Below are positions 15,001 through 30,000 of a stretch of DNA of 64,000 nt, piece by piece. The DNA is from Eledone cirrhosa (taxonomy: Eukaryota): NCBI GenBank assembly GCA_964016885.1, contig OZ024744.1, positions 94,426,001 to 94,490,000 on the forward strand, written 5' to 3'. Numbering within the stretch: the first letter of the stretch is position 1; each line of letters begins with the position of its first letter. Under the pieces are notes generated by a model, which saw nothing but the letters and a program-made list of their open reading frames with translations, was not told the DNA's origin and did no database searches. The translations under genes were made by a program, and so were the position numbers.

Positions 15001-18000
15001 TGTCGTGACACCAACGCAACCACATTACAGTGTGGGCTGGGTGCTTTTTGTCGTGACACGAACACAACCACTTTACAGTGTGGACTGGGTGCTTTTTGTC
15101 GTGACACCAACACAACCACTTTACAGTGTGGGCTGGGTGCCTTCTGTCGTGACATCAACACAACCACTTTACAGTGTGGACTGGGTGCTTTTTGTCGTGA
15201 CACTAACACAACCACTTTACAGTGTGGGCTGGGTGCTTTTTGTCGTGACACCAACGCAACCACTTTACAGCGTGGGCTTGGTGCTTTTTGTCGTGACACC
15301 AACACAACCACTTTACAGTGTGGACTGGGTGCTTTTTGTTGTGACACATACACAACCACTTCACAGTGTGGGCTGGGTGCTTTTTGTCATGACACCAACA
15401 CAACCACTTTACAGTGTGGACTGGGAGCTTTTTGTCGTGACACTAACACAACCACTTTACAGTGTGGGCTGGGTGCTTTTTGTTGTGACACCTACAGAAC
15501 CACTTCACAGTGTGGGCTGGGTGCTTTTTGTCATGACACCAACACAACCACTTTACAGTGTGGACTGGGAGCTTTTTGTCGTGACACCAACACAACCACT
15601 TCACAGTGTGGGCTGGGTGCTTTTTGTCATGACACCAACACAACCACTTTACAGTGTGGACTGGGTGCTTTTTGTCGTGACACTAACACAACCACTTTAC
15701 AGTGTGGACTGGGAGCTTTTTGTCGTGACACCAACACAACCACTTCACAGTGTGGGCTGGGTGCTTTTTGTCGTGACACCAACGCAACCACATTACAGTG
15801 TGGGCTGGGTGCTTTTTGTCGTGACACGAACACAACCACTTTACAGTGTGGACTGGGTGCTTTTTGTCGTGACACCAACACAACCACTTTACAGTGTGGG
15901 CTGGGTGCCTTCTGTCGTGACATCAACACAACCACTTTACAGTGTGGACTGGGTGCTTTTTGTCGTGACACTAACACAACCACTTTACAGTGTGGGCTGG
16001 GTGCTTTTTGTCGTGACACCAACACAAACACTTTACAGTGTGGACTGGGTGCTTTTTGTCGTGACACCAACACAACCACTTTACAGTGTGGGCTGGGTGC
16101 TTTTTGTCATGACACCTACATGACCACCTTACAGTGTGGGCTGGGTGCCTTCTGTCGTGACACCAACACAACCACTTTACAGTGTGGGCTGGGTGCTTTT
16201 TGTCGTGACACCAACACAACCACTTTACAGTGTGGACTGGGTGCTTTTTGTCGTGACACTTACATGACCACTTTACAGTGTGGGCTGGGTGCTTTTTGTC
16301 ATGACACCAACACAACCACTTTACAATGTGGACTGGGTGCTTTTTGTCGTGACACTAACACAACCACTTTACAGTGTGGGCTGGGCGCTTTTTGTTGTGA
16401 CACCTACACAACCACTTCACAGTGTGGGCTGGGTGCTTTTTGTCATGACACCAACACAACCACTTTACAGTGTGGACTGGGAGCTTTTTGTCGTGACACC
16501 AACACAACCACTTCACAGTGTGGGCTGGGTGCTTTTTGTCATGACACCAACACAACCACTTTACAGTGTGGGCTGGGTGCTTTTTGTCGTGACACCAACA
16601 CAACCACTTTACAGTGTGGGCTGGGTGCTTTTTGTCGTGACACAAACACAGCCACTTTACAGTGTGGACTGGGAGCTTTTTGTCGTGACACCAACACAAC
16701 CACTTTACAGTGTGGGCTGGGTGCTTTTTGTCGTGACACCAACGCAACCACATTACAGTGTGGGCTGGGTGCTTTTTGTCGTGACACGAACACAACCACT
16801 TTACAGTGTGGACTGGGTGCTTTTTGTCGTGACACCAACACAACCACTTTACAGTGTGGGCTGGGTGCTTTCTGTCGTGACATCAACACAACCACTTTAC
16901 AGTGTGGACTGGGTGCTTTTTGTCGTGACACTAACACAACCACTTTACAGTGTGGGCTGGGTGCTTTTTGTCGTGACACCAACACAAACACTTTACAGTG
17001 TGGACTGGGTGCTTTTTGTCGTGACACCAACACAACCACTTTACAGTGTGGGCTGGGTGCTTTTTGTCGTGACACAAACACAACCACTTTACAGTGTGGG
17101 CTGGGTGCTTTTTGTCATGACACCTACATGACCACCTTACAGTGTGGGCTGGGTGCCTTCTGTCGTGACACCAACACAACCACTTTACAGTGTGGGCTGG
17201 GTGCTTTTTGTCGTGACACCAACACAACCACTTTACAGTGTGGACTGGGTGCTTTTTGTCGTGACACCAACACAACCACTTTAGAGTGTGGACTGGGTGC
17301 TTTTTGTCGTGACACTTACATGACCACTTTACAGTGTAGGCTGGATGCTTTTTGTCGTGACACCAACAAAACCACTTCACAGTGTGGACTGGGTGCTTTT
17401 TGTCGTGACACCAACACAACCACTTCACAGTGTGGGCTGGGTGCTTTTTGTCATGACACCAACACAACCACTTTAGAGTGTGGACTGGGAGCTTTTTGTC
17501 GTGACACCAACACAACCACTTCACAGTGTGGGCTGGGTGCTTTTTGTCATGACACCAACACAACCACTTTACAGTGTGGACTGGGTGCTTTTTGTCGTGA
17601 CACTAACACAACCACTTTACAGTGTGGGCTGGGTGCTTTTTGTTGTGACACCTACACAACCACTTCACAGTGTGGGCTGGGTGCTTTTTGTCATGACACC
17701 AACACAACCACTTTACAGTGTGGACTGGGAGCTTTTTGTCGTGACACCAACACAACCACTTCACAGTGTGGGCTGGGTGCTTTTTGTCATGACACCAAAA
17801 CAACCACTTTACAGTGTGGACTGGGTGCTTTTTGTCGTGACACTAACACAACCACTTTACAGTGTGGACTGGGAGCTTTTTGTCGTGACACCAACACAAC
17901 CACTTTACAGTGTGGGCTGGGTGCTTTTTGTCCTGACACCAACGCAACCACTTTACAGTGTGGGCTGGGTGCTTTTTTTCGTGACACGAACACAACCACT

Positions 18001-21000
18001 TTACAGTGTGGACTGGGTGCTTTTTGTCGTGACACCAACACAACCACTTTACAGTGTGGACTGGCTGCTTTTTGTCGTGACACTAACACAACCACTTTAC
18101 AGTGTGGGCTGGTCACTTTTTGTTGTGACACCAACACAACCACTTTACAGTGTGGACTGGGTGCTTTTTGTCATGACACTAATACAACCACTTTACAGTG
18201 TGGGCTGGGTACTTTTTGTCATGAGACTAATACAACCACTTTACAGTGTGGGCTGGGTGCTTTTTGTCATGACACCTACATGACCACCTTACAGTGTGGA
18301 ATGGGTGCTTTTTGTCGTGACACCAACACAACCACCTTACAGTGTGGGCTGGGTGCTTTTTGTCGTGACACCAACGCAACCACTTTACAGCGTGGGCTTG
18401 GTGCTTTTTGTCGCGACAGCAACACAACCACTTTACAGTGTGGACTGGGTGCTTTTTGTTGTGACACCTACACAACCACTTCACAGTGTAGGCTGGGTGC
18501 TTTTTGTCATGACACCAACACAACCACTTTACAGTGTGGACTGGGAGCTTTTTGTCGTGACACTAACACAACCACTTTACAGTGTGGGCTGGGTGCTTTT
18601 TGTTGTGACACCTACAGAACCACTTCACAGTGTGGGCTGGGTGCTTTTTGTCATGACACCAACACAACCACTTTACAGTGTGGACTGGGAGCTTTTTGTC
18701 GTGACACCAACACAACCACTTCACAGTGTGGGCTGGGTGCTTTTTGTCATGACACCAACACAACCACTTTACAGTGTGGACTGGGTGCTTTTTGTCGTGA
18801 CACTAACACAACCACTTTACAGTGTGGACTGGGAGCTTTTTGTCGTGACACCAACACAACCACTTTACAGTGTGGGCTGGGTGCTTTTTGTCGTGACACC
18901 AACGCAACCACATTACAGTGTGGGCTGGGTGCTTTTTGTCGTGACACGAACACAACCACTTTACAGTGTGGACTGGGTGCTTTTTGTCGTGACACCAACA
19001 CAACCACTTTACAGTGTGGGCTGGGTGCCTTCTGTCGTGACATCAACACAACCACTTTACAGTGTGGACTGGGTGCTTTTTGTCGTGACACTAACACAAC
19101 CACTTTACAGTGTGGGCTGGGTGCTTTTTGTCGTGACACCAACACAAACACTTTACAGTGTGGACTGGGTGCTTTTTGTCGTGACACCAACACAACCACT
19201 TTACAGTGTGGGCTGGGTGCTTTTTGTCGTGACACAAACACAACCACTTTACAGTGTGGGCTGGGTGCTTTTTGTCATGACACCTACATGACCACCTTAC
19301 AGTGTGGGCTGGGTGCCTTCTGTCGTGACACCAACACAACCACTTTACAGTGTGGGCTGGGTGCTTTTTGTCGTGACACCAACACAACCACTTTACAGTG
19401 TGGACTGGGTGCTTTTTGTCGTGACACCAACACAACCACTTTAGAGTGTGGACTGGGTGCTTTTTGTCGTGACACTTACATGACCACTTTACAGTGTAGG
19501 CTGGATGCTTTTTGTCGTGACACCAACACAACCACTTTACAGTGTGGACTGGGTGCTTTTTGTCGTGACACCAACACAACCACTTCACAGTGTGGGCTGG
19601 GTGCTTTTTGTCATGACACCAACACAACCACTTTACAGTGTGGACTGGGTGCTTTTTGTCGTGACACTAACACAACCACTTTACAGTGTGGGCTGGGTGC
19701 TTTTTGTCGTGACACCAACACAAACACTTTACAGTGTGGACTGGGTGCTTTTTGTCGTGACACCAACACAACCACTTTACAGTGTGGGCTGGGTGCTTTT
19801 TGTCGTGACACAAACACAACCACTTTACAGTGTGGGCTGGGTGCTTTTTGTCATGACACCTACATGACCACCTTACAGTGTGGGCTGGGTGCCTTCTGTC
19901 GTGACACCAACACAACCACTTTACAGTGTGGGCTGGGTGCTTTTTGTCGTGACACCAACACAACCACTTTACAGTGTGGACTGGGTGCTTTTTGTCGTGA
20001 CACCAACACAACCACTTTAGAGTGTGGACTGGGTGCTTTTTGTCGTGACACTTACATGACCACTTTACAGTGTAGGCTGGATGCTTTTTGTCGTGACACC
20101 AACACAACCACTTCACTGTGTGGACTGGGTGCTTTTTGTCGTGACACCAACACAACCACTTCACAGTGTGGGCTGGGTGCTTTTTGTCATGACACCAACA
20201 CAACCACTTTAGAGTGTGGACTGGGAGCTTTTTGTCGTGACACCAACACAACCACTTCACAGTGTGGGCTGGGTGCTTTTTGTCGTGACACCAACGCAAC
20301 CACTTTACAGTGTGGGCTGGGTGCTTTTTGTTGTGACACCAACACAACCACTTTACAGTGTGGACTGGGTGCTTTTTGTCGTGACACCAACACAACCACT
20401 TTACAGTGTGGGCTGGGTGCTTTTTGTCGTGACACCAACACAACCACTTTACAGTGTGGGCTGGGTGCTTTTTGTCGTGACACCAACGCAACCACTTTAC
20501 AGTGTGGACTGGGTGCTTTTTGTCATGACACTAATACAACCACTTTACAGTGTGGGCTGGGTACTTTTTGTCATGACACTAATACAACCACTTTACAGTG
20601 TGGGCTGGGTGCTTTTTGTCATGACACCTACATGACCACCTTACAGTGTGGAATGGGTGCTTTTTGTCGTGACACCAACACAACCACCTTACAGTGTGGG
20701 CTGGGTGCTTTTTGTCGTGACACCAACGCAACCACTTTACAGCGTGGGCTTGGTGCTTTTTGTCGCGACAGCAACACAACCACTTTACAGTGTGGACTGG
20801 GTGCTTTTTGTTGTGACACCTACACAACCACTTCACAGTGTAGGCTGGGTGCTTTTTGTCATGACACCAACACAACCACTTTACAGTGTGGACTGGGAGC
20901 TTTTTGTTGTGACACTAACACAACCACTTTACAGTGTGGGCTGGGTGCTTTTTGTTGTGACACCTACAGAACCACTTCACAGTGTGGGCTGGGTGCTTTT

Positions 21001-24000
21001 TGTCATGACACCAACACAACCACTTTACAGTGTGGACTGGGAGCTTTTTGTCGTGACACCAACACAACCACTTCACACTGTGGGCTGGGTGCTTTTTGTC
21101 ATGACACCAACACAACCACTTTACAGTGTGGACTGGGTGCTTTTTGTCGTGACACTAACACAACCACTTTACAGTGTGGACTGGGAGCTTTTTGTCGTGA
21201 CACCAACACAACCACTTTACAGTGTGGGCTGGGTGCTTTTTGTCGTGACACCAACGCAACCACATTACAGTGTGGGCTGGGTGCTTTTTGTCGTGACACG
21301 AACACAACCACTTTACAGTGTGGACTGGGTGCTTTTTGTCGTGACACCAACACAACCACTTTACAGTGTGGGCTGGGTGCCTTCTGTCGTGACATCAACA
21401 CAACCACTTTACAGTGTGGGCTGGGTGCTTTTTGTCGTGACACTAACACAACCACTTTACAGTGTGGGCTGGGTGCTTTTTGTCGTGACACCAACACAAA
21501 CACTTTACAGTGTGGACTGGGTGCTTTTTGTCGTGACACAAACACAACCACTTTACAGTGTGGGCTGGGTGCTTTTTGTCATGACACCTACATGACCACC
21601 TTACAGTGTGGGCTGGGTGCCTTCTGTCGTGACACCAACACAACCACTTTACAGTGTGGGCTGGGTGCTTTTTGTCGTGACACCAACACAACCACTTTAC
21701 AGTGTGGACTGGGTGCTTTTTGTCGTGACACCAACACAACCACTTTAGAGTGTGGACTGGGTGCTTTTTGTCGTGACACTTACATGACCACTTTACAGTG
21801 TAGGCTGGATGCTTTTTGTCGTGACACCAACACAACCACTTTACAGTGTGGACTGGGTGCTTTTTGTCGTGACACCAACACAACCACTTCACAGTGTGGG
21901 CTGGGTGCTTTTTGTCATGACACCAACACAACCACTTTACAGTGTGGACTGGGTGCTTTTTGTCGTGACACTAACACAACCACTTTACAGTGTGGGCTGG
22001 GTGCTTTTTGTCGTGACACCAACACAAACACTTTACAGTGTGGACTGGGTGCTTTTTGTCGTGACACCAACACAACCACTTTACAGTGTGGGCTGGGTGC
22101 TTTTTGTCGTGACACAAACACAACCAATTTACAGTGTGGGCTGGGTGCTTTTTGTCATGACACCTACATGACCACCTTACAGTGTGGGCTGGGTGCCTTC
22201 TGTCGTGACACCAACACAACCATTTTACAGTGTGGGCTGGGTGCTTTTTGTCGTGACACCAACACAACCACTTTACAGTGTGGACTGGGTGCTTTTTGTC
22301 GTGACACCAACACAACCACTTTAGAGTGTGGACTGGGTGCTTTTTGTCGTGACACTTACATGACCACTTTACAGTGTAGGCTGGATGCTTTTTGTCGTGA
22401 CACCAACACAACCACTTCACTGTGTGGACTGGGTGCTTTTTGTCGTGACACCAACACAACCACTTCACAGTGTGGGCTGGGTGCTTTTTGTCATGACACC
22501 AACACAACCACTTTAGAGTGTGGACTGGGAGCTTTTAGTCGTGACACCAACACAACCACTTCACAGTGTGGGCTGGGTGCTTTTTGTCGTGACACCAACG
22601 CAACCACTTTACAGTGTGGGCTGGGTGCTTTTTGTTGTGACACCAACACAACCACTTTACAGTGTGGACTGGGTGCTTTTTGTCGTGACACCAACACAAC
22701 CACTTTACAGTGTGGGCTGGGTGCTTTTTGTCGTGACACCAACACAACCACTTTACAGTGTGGGCTGGGTGCTTTTTGTCGTGACACCAACGCAACCACT
22801 TTACAGTGTGGACTGGGTGCTTTTTGTCATGACACTAATACAACCACTTTACAGTGTGGGCTGGGTACTTTTTGTCATGACACTAATACAACCACTTTAC
22901 AGTGTGGGCTGGGTGCTTTTTGTCATGACACCTACATGACCACCTTACAGTGTGGAATGGGTGCTTTTTGTCGTGACACCAACACAACCACCTTACAGTG
23001 TGGGCTGGGTGCTTTTTGTCGTGACACCAACGCAACCACTTTACAGCGTGGGCTTGGTGCTTTTTGTCGCGACAGCAACACAACCACTTTACAGTGTGGA
23101 CTGGGTGCTTTTTGTTGTGACACCTACACAACCACTTCACAGTGTAGGCTGGGTGCTTTTTGTCATGACACCAACACAACCACTTTACAGTGTGGACTGG
23201 GAGCTTTTTGTTGTGACACTAACACAACCACTTTACAGTGTGGGCTGGGTGCTTTTTGTTGTGACACATACAGAACCACTTCACAGTGTGGGCTGGGTGC
23301 TTTTTGTCATGACACCAACACAACCACTTTACAGTGTGGACTGGGAGCTTTTTGTCGTGACACCAACACAACCACTTCACACTGTGGGCTGGGTGCTTTT
23401 TGTCATGACACCAACACAACCACTTTACAGTGTGGACTGGGTGCTTTTTGTCGTGACACTAACACAACCACTTTACAGTGTGGACTGGGAGCTTTTTGTC
23501 GTGACACCAACACAACCGCTTTACAGTGTGGGCTGGGTGCTTTTTGTCGTGACACCAACGCAACCACATTACAGTGTGGGCTGGGTGCTTTTTGTCGTGA
23601 CACGAACACAACCACTTTACAGTGTGGACTGGGTGCTTTTTGTCGTGACACCAACACAACCACTTTACAGTGTGGGCTGGGTGCCTTCTGTCGTGACATC
23701 AACACAACCACTTTACAGTGTGGGCTGGGTGCTTTTTGTCGTGACACTAACACAACCACTTTACAGTGTGGGCTGGGTGCTTTTTGTCGTGACACCAACA
23801 CAAACACTTTACAGTGTGGACTGGGTGCTTTTTGTCGTGACACAAACACAACCACTTTACAGTGTGGGCTGGGTGCTTTTTGTCATGACACCTACATGAC
23901 CACCTTACAGTGTGGGCTGGGTGCCTTCTGTCGTGACACCAACACAACCACTTTACAGTGTGGGCTGGGTGCTTTTTGTCGTGACACCAACACAACCACT

Positions 24001-27000
24001 TTACAGTGTGGACTGGGTGCTTTTTGTCGTGACACCAACACAACCACTTTAGAGTGTGGACTGGGTGCTTTTTGTCGTGACACTTACATGACCACTTTAC
24101 AGTGTAGGCTGGATGCTTTTTGTCGTGACACCAACACAACCACTTTACAGTGTGGACTGGGTGCTTTTTGTCGTGACACCAACACAACCACTTCACAGTG
24201 TGGGCTGGGTGCTTTTTGTCATGACACCAACACAACCACTTTACAGTGTGGACTGGGTGCTTTTTGTCGTGACACTAACACAACCACTTTACAGTGTGGG
24301 CTGGGTGCTTTTTGTCGTGACACCAACACAAACACTTTACAGTGTGGACTGGGTGCTTTTTGTCGTGACACCAACACAACCACTTTACAGTGTGGGCTGG
24401 GTGCTTTTTGTCGTGACACAAACACAACCACTTTACAGTGTGGGCTGGGTGCTTTTTGTCATGACACCTACATGACCACCTTACAGTGTGGGCTGGGTGC
24501 CTTCTGTCGTGACACCAACACAACCATTTTACAGTGTGGGCTGGGTGCTTTTTGTCGTGACACCAACACAACCACTTTACAGTGTGGACTGGGTGCTTTT
24601 TGTCGTGACACCAACACAACCACTTTAGAGTGTGGACTGGGTGCTTTTTGTCGTGACACTTACATGACCACTTTACAGTGTAGGCTGGATGCTTTTTGTC
24701 GTGACACCAACACAACCACTTCACAGTGTGGACTGGGTGCTTTTTGTCGTGACACCAACACAACCACTTCACAGTGTGGGCTGGGTGCTTTTTGTCATGA
24801 CACCAACACAACCACTTTAGAGTGTGGACTGGGAGCTTTTTGTCGTGACACCAACACAACCACTTCACAGTGTGGGCTGGGTGCTTTTTGTCATGACACC
24901 AACACAACCACTTAACAGTGTGGACTGGGTGCTTTTTGTCGTGACACTAACACAACCACTTTACAGTGTGGGCTGGGTGCTTTTTGTTGTGACACCTACA
25001 CAACCACTTCACAGTGTGGGCTGGGTGCTTTTTGTCATGACACCAACACAATCACTTTACAGTGTGGACTGGGAGCTTTTTGTCGTGACACCAACACAAC
25101 CACTTCACAGTGTGGGCTGGGTGCTTTTTGTCATGACACCAAAACAACCACTTTACAGTGTGGACTGGGTGCTTTTTGTCGTGACACTAACACAACCACT
25201 TTACAGTGTGGACTGGGTGCTTTTTGTCGTGACACTAACACAACCACTTTACAGTGTGGGCTGGGTGCTTTTTGTCATGACACCAACGCAACCACTTTAC
25301 AGTGTGGGCTGGGTGCTTTTTTTCGTGACACGAACACAACCACTTTACAGTGTGGACTGGGTGCTTTTTGTCGTGACACCAACACAACCACTTTCCAGTG
25401 TGGACTGGCTGCTTTTTGTCGTGACACTAACACAACCACTTTACAGTGTGGGCTGGTCACTTTTTGTTGTGACACCAACACAACCACTTTACAGTGTGGA
25501 CTGGGTGCTTTTTGTCGTGACACCAACACAACCACTTTACAGTGTGGGCTGGGTGCTTTTTGTCGTGACACCAACACAACCACTTTACAGTGTGGGCTGG
25601 GTGCTTTTTGTCGTGACACCAACACAACCACTTTACAGTGTGGACTGGGTGCTTTTTGTCATGACACTAATACAACCACTTTACAGTGTGGGCTGGGTAC
25701 TTTTTGTCATGACACTAATACAACCACTTTACAGTGTGGGCTGGGTGCTTTTTGTCATGACACCTACATGACCACCTTACAGTGTGGAATGGTTGCTTTT
25801 TGTCGTGACACCAACACAACCACCTTACAGTGTGGGCTGGGTGCTTTTTGTCGTGACACCAACGCAACCACTTTACAGCGTGGGCTTGGTGCTTTTTGTC
25901 GCGACACCAACACAACCACTTTACAGTGTGGACTGGGTGCTTTTTGTTGTGACACCTACACAACCACTTCACAGTGTAGGCTGGGTGCTTTTTGTCATGA
26001 CACCAACACAACCACTTTACAGTGTGGACTGGGAGCTTTTTGTCGTGACACTAACACAACCACTTTACAGTGTGGGCTGGGTGCTTTTTGTTGTGACACC
26101 TACAGAACCACTTCACAGTGTGGCCTGGGTGCTTTTTGTCATGACACCAACACAACCACTTTACAGTGTGGACTGGGAGCTTTTTGTCGTGACACCAACA
26201 CAACCACTTCACAGTGTGGGCTGGGTGCTTTTTGTCATGACACCAACACAACCACTTTACAGTGTGGACTGGGTGCTTTTTGTCGTGACACTAACACAAC
26301 CACTTTACAGTGTGGACTGGGAGCTTTTTGTCGTGACACCAACACAACCACTTTACAGTGTGGGCTGGGTGCTTTTTGTCGTGACACCAACGCAACCACA
26401 TTACAGTGTGGGCTGGGTGCTTTTTGTCGTGACACGAACACAACCACTTTACAGTGTGGACTGGGTGCTTTTTGTCGTGACACCAACACAACCACTTTAC
26501 AGTGTGGGCTGGGTGCCTTCTGTCGTGACATCAACACAACCACTTTACAGTGTGGACTGGGTGCTTTTTGTCGTGACACTAACACAACCACTTTACAGTG
26601 TGGGCTGGGTGCTTTTTGTCGTGACACCAACACAAACACTTTACAGTGTGGACTGGGTGCTTTTTGTCGTGACACCAACACAACCACTTTACAGTGTGGG
26701 CTGGGTGCTTTTTGTCGTGACACAAACACAACCACTTTACAGTGTGGGCTGGGTGCTTTTTGTCATGACACCTACATGACCACCTTACAGTGTGGGCTGG
26801 GTGCCTTCTGTCGTGACACCAACACAACCACTTTACAGTGTGGGCTGGGTGCTTTTTGTCGTGACACCAACACAACCACTTTACAGTGTGGACTGGGTGC
26901 TTTTTGTCGTGACACCAACACAACCACTTTAGAGTGTGGACTGGGTGCTTTTTGTCGTGACACTTACATGACCACTTTACAGTGTAGGCTGGATGCTTTT

Positions 27001-30000
27001 TGTCGTGACACCAACACAACCACTTTACAGTGTGGACTGGGTGCTTTTTGTCGTGACACCAACACAACCACTTCACAGTGTGGGCTTGGTGCTTTTTGTC
27101 ATGACACCAACACAACCACTTTACAGTGTGGACTGGGTGCTTTTTGTCGTGACACTAACACAACCACTTTACAGTGTGGGCTGGGTGCTTTTTGTCGTGA
27201 CACCAACACAAACACTTTACAGTGTGGACTGGGTGCTTTTTGTCGTGACACCAACACAACCACTTTACAGTGTGGGCTGGGTGCTTTTTGTCGTGACACA
27301 AACACAACCACTTTACAGTGTGGGCTGGGTGCTTTTTGTCATGACACCTACATGACCACCTTACAGTGTGGGCTGGGTGCCTTCTGTCGTGACACCAACA
27401 CAACCACTTTACAGTGTGGGCTGGGTGCTTTTTGTCGTGACACCAACACAACCACTTTACAGTGTGGACTGGGTGCTTTTTGTCGTGACACCAACACAAC
27501 CACTTTAGAGTGTGGACTGGGTGCTTTTTGTCGTGACACTTACATGACCACTTTACAGTGTAGGCTGGATGCTTTTTGTCGTGACACCAACACAACCACT
27601 TCACTGTGTGGACTGGGTGCTTTTTGTCGTGACACCAACACAACCACTTCACAGTGTGGGCTGGGTGCTTTTTGTCATGACACCAACACAACCACTTTAG
27701 AGTGTGGACTGGGAGCTTTTTGTCGTGACACCAACACAACCACTTCACAGTGTGGGCTGGGTGCTTTTTGTCGTGACACCAACGCAACCACTTTACAGTG
27801 TGGGCTGGGTGCTTTTTGTTGTGACACCAACACAACCACTTTACAGTGTGGACTGGGTGCTTTTTGTCGTGACACCAACACAACCACTTTACAGTGTGGG
27901 CTGGGTGCTTTTTGTCGTGACACCAACACAACCACTTTACAGTGTGGGCTGGGTGCTTTTTGTCGTGACACCAACGCAACCACTTTACAGTGTGGACTGG
28001 GTGCTTTTTGTCATGACACTAATACAACCACTTTACAGTGTGGGCTGGGTACTTTTTGTCATGACACTAATACAACCACTTTACAGTGTGGGCTGGGTGC
28101 TTTTTGTCATGACACCTACATGACCACCTTACAGTGTGGAATGGGTGCTTTTTGTCGTGACACCAACACAACCACCTTACAGTGTGGGCTGGGTGCTTTT
28201 TGTCGTGACACCAACGCAACCACTTTACAGCGTGGGCTTGGTGCTTTTTGTCGCGACAGCAACACAACCACTTTACAGTGTGGACTGGGTGCTTTTTGTT
28301 GTGACACCTACACAACCACTTCACAGTGTAGGCTGGGTGCTTTTTGTCATGACACCAACACAACCACTTTACAGTGTGGACTGGGAGCTTTTTGTTGTGA
28401 CACTAACACAACCACTTTACAGTGTGGGCTGGGTGCTTTTTGTTGTGACACCTACAGAACCACTTCACAGTGTGGGCTGGGTGCTTTTTGTCATGACACC
28501 AACACAACCACTTTACAGTGTGGACTGGGAGCTTTTTGTCGTGACACCAACACAACCACTTCACACTGTGGGCTGGGTGCTTTTTGTCATGACACCAACA
28601 CAACCACTTTACAGTGTGGACTGGGTGCTTTTTGTCGTGACACTAACACAACCACTTTACAGTGTGGACTGGGAGCTTTTTGTCGTGACACCAACACAAC
28701 CACTTTACAGTGTGGGCTGGGTGCTTTTTGTCGTGACACCAACGCAACCACATTACAGTGTGGGCTGGGTGCTTTTTGTCGTGACACGAACACAACCACT
28801 TTACAGTGTGGACTGGGTGCTTTTTGTCGTGACACCAACACAACCACTTTACAGTGTGGGCTGGGTGCCTTCTGTCGTGACATCAACACAACCACTTTAC
28901 AGTGTGGGCTGGGTGCTTTTTGTCGTGACACTAACACAACCACTTTACAGTGTGGGCTGGGTGCTTTTTGTCGTGACACCAACACAAACACTTTACAGTG
29001 TGGACTGGGTGCTTTTTGTCGTGACACAAACACAACCACTTTACAGTGTGGGCTGGGTGCTTTTTGTCATGACACCTACATGACCACCTTACAGTGTGGG
29101 CTGGGTGCCTTCTGTCGTGACACCAACACAACCACTTTACAGTGTGGGCTGGGTGCTTTTTGTCGTGACACCAACACAACCACTTTACAGTGTGGACTGG
29201 GTGCTTTTTGTCGTGACACCAACACAACCACTTTAGAGTGTGGACTGGGTGCTTTTTGTCGTGACACTTACATGACCACTTTACAGTGTAGGCTGGATGC
29301 TTTTTGTCGTGACACCAACACAACCACTTTACAGTGTGGACTGGGTGCTTTTTGTCGTGACACCAACACAACCACTTCACAGTGTGGGCTGGGTGCTTTT
29401 TGTCATGACACCAACACAACCACTTTACAGTGTGGACTGGGTGCTTTTTGTCGTGACACTAACACAACCACTTTACAGTGTGGGCTGGGTGCTTTTTGTC
29501 GTGACACCAACACAAACACTTTACAGTGTGGACTGGGTGCTTTTTGTCGTGACACCAACACAACCACTTTACAGTGTGGGCTGGGTGCTTTTTGTCGTGA
29601 CACAAACACAACCACTTTACAGTGTGGGCTGGGTGCTTTTTGTCATGACACCTACATGACCACCTTACAGTGTGGGCTGGGTGCCTTCTGTCGTGACACC
29701 AACACAACCATTTTACAGTGTGGGCTGGGTGCTTTTTGTCGTGACACCAACACAACCACTTTACAGTGTGGACTGGGTGCTTTTTGTCGTGACACCAACA
29801 CAACCACTTTAGAGTGTGGACTGGGTGCTTTTTGTCGTGACACTTACATGACCACTTTACAGTGTAGGCTGGATGCTTTTTGTCGTGACACCAACACAAC
29901 CACTTCACAGTGTGGACTGGGTGCTTTTTGTCGTGACACCAACACAACCACTTCACAGTGTGGGCTGGGTGCTTTTTGTCATGACACCAACACAACCACT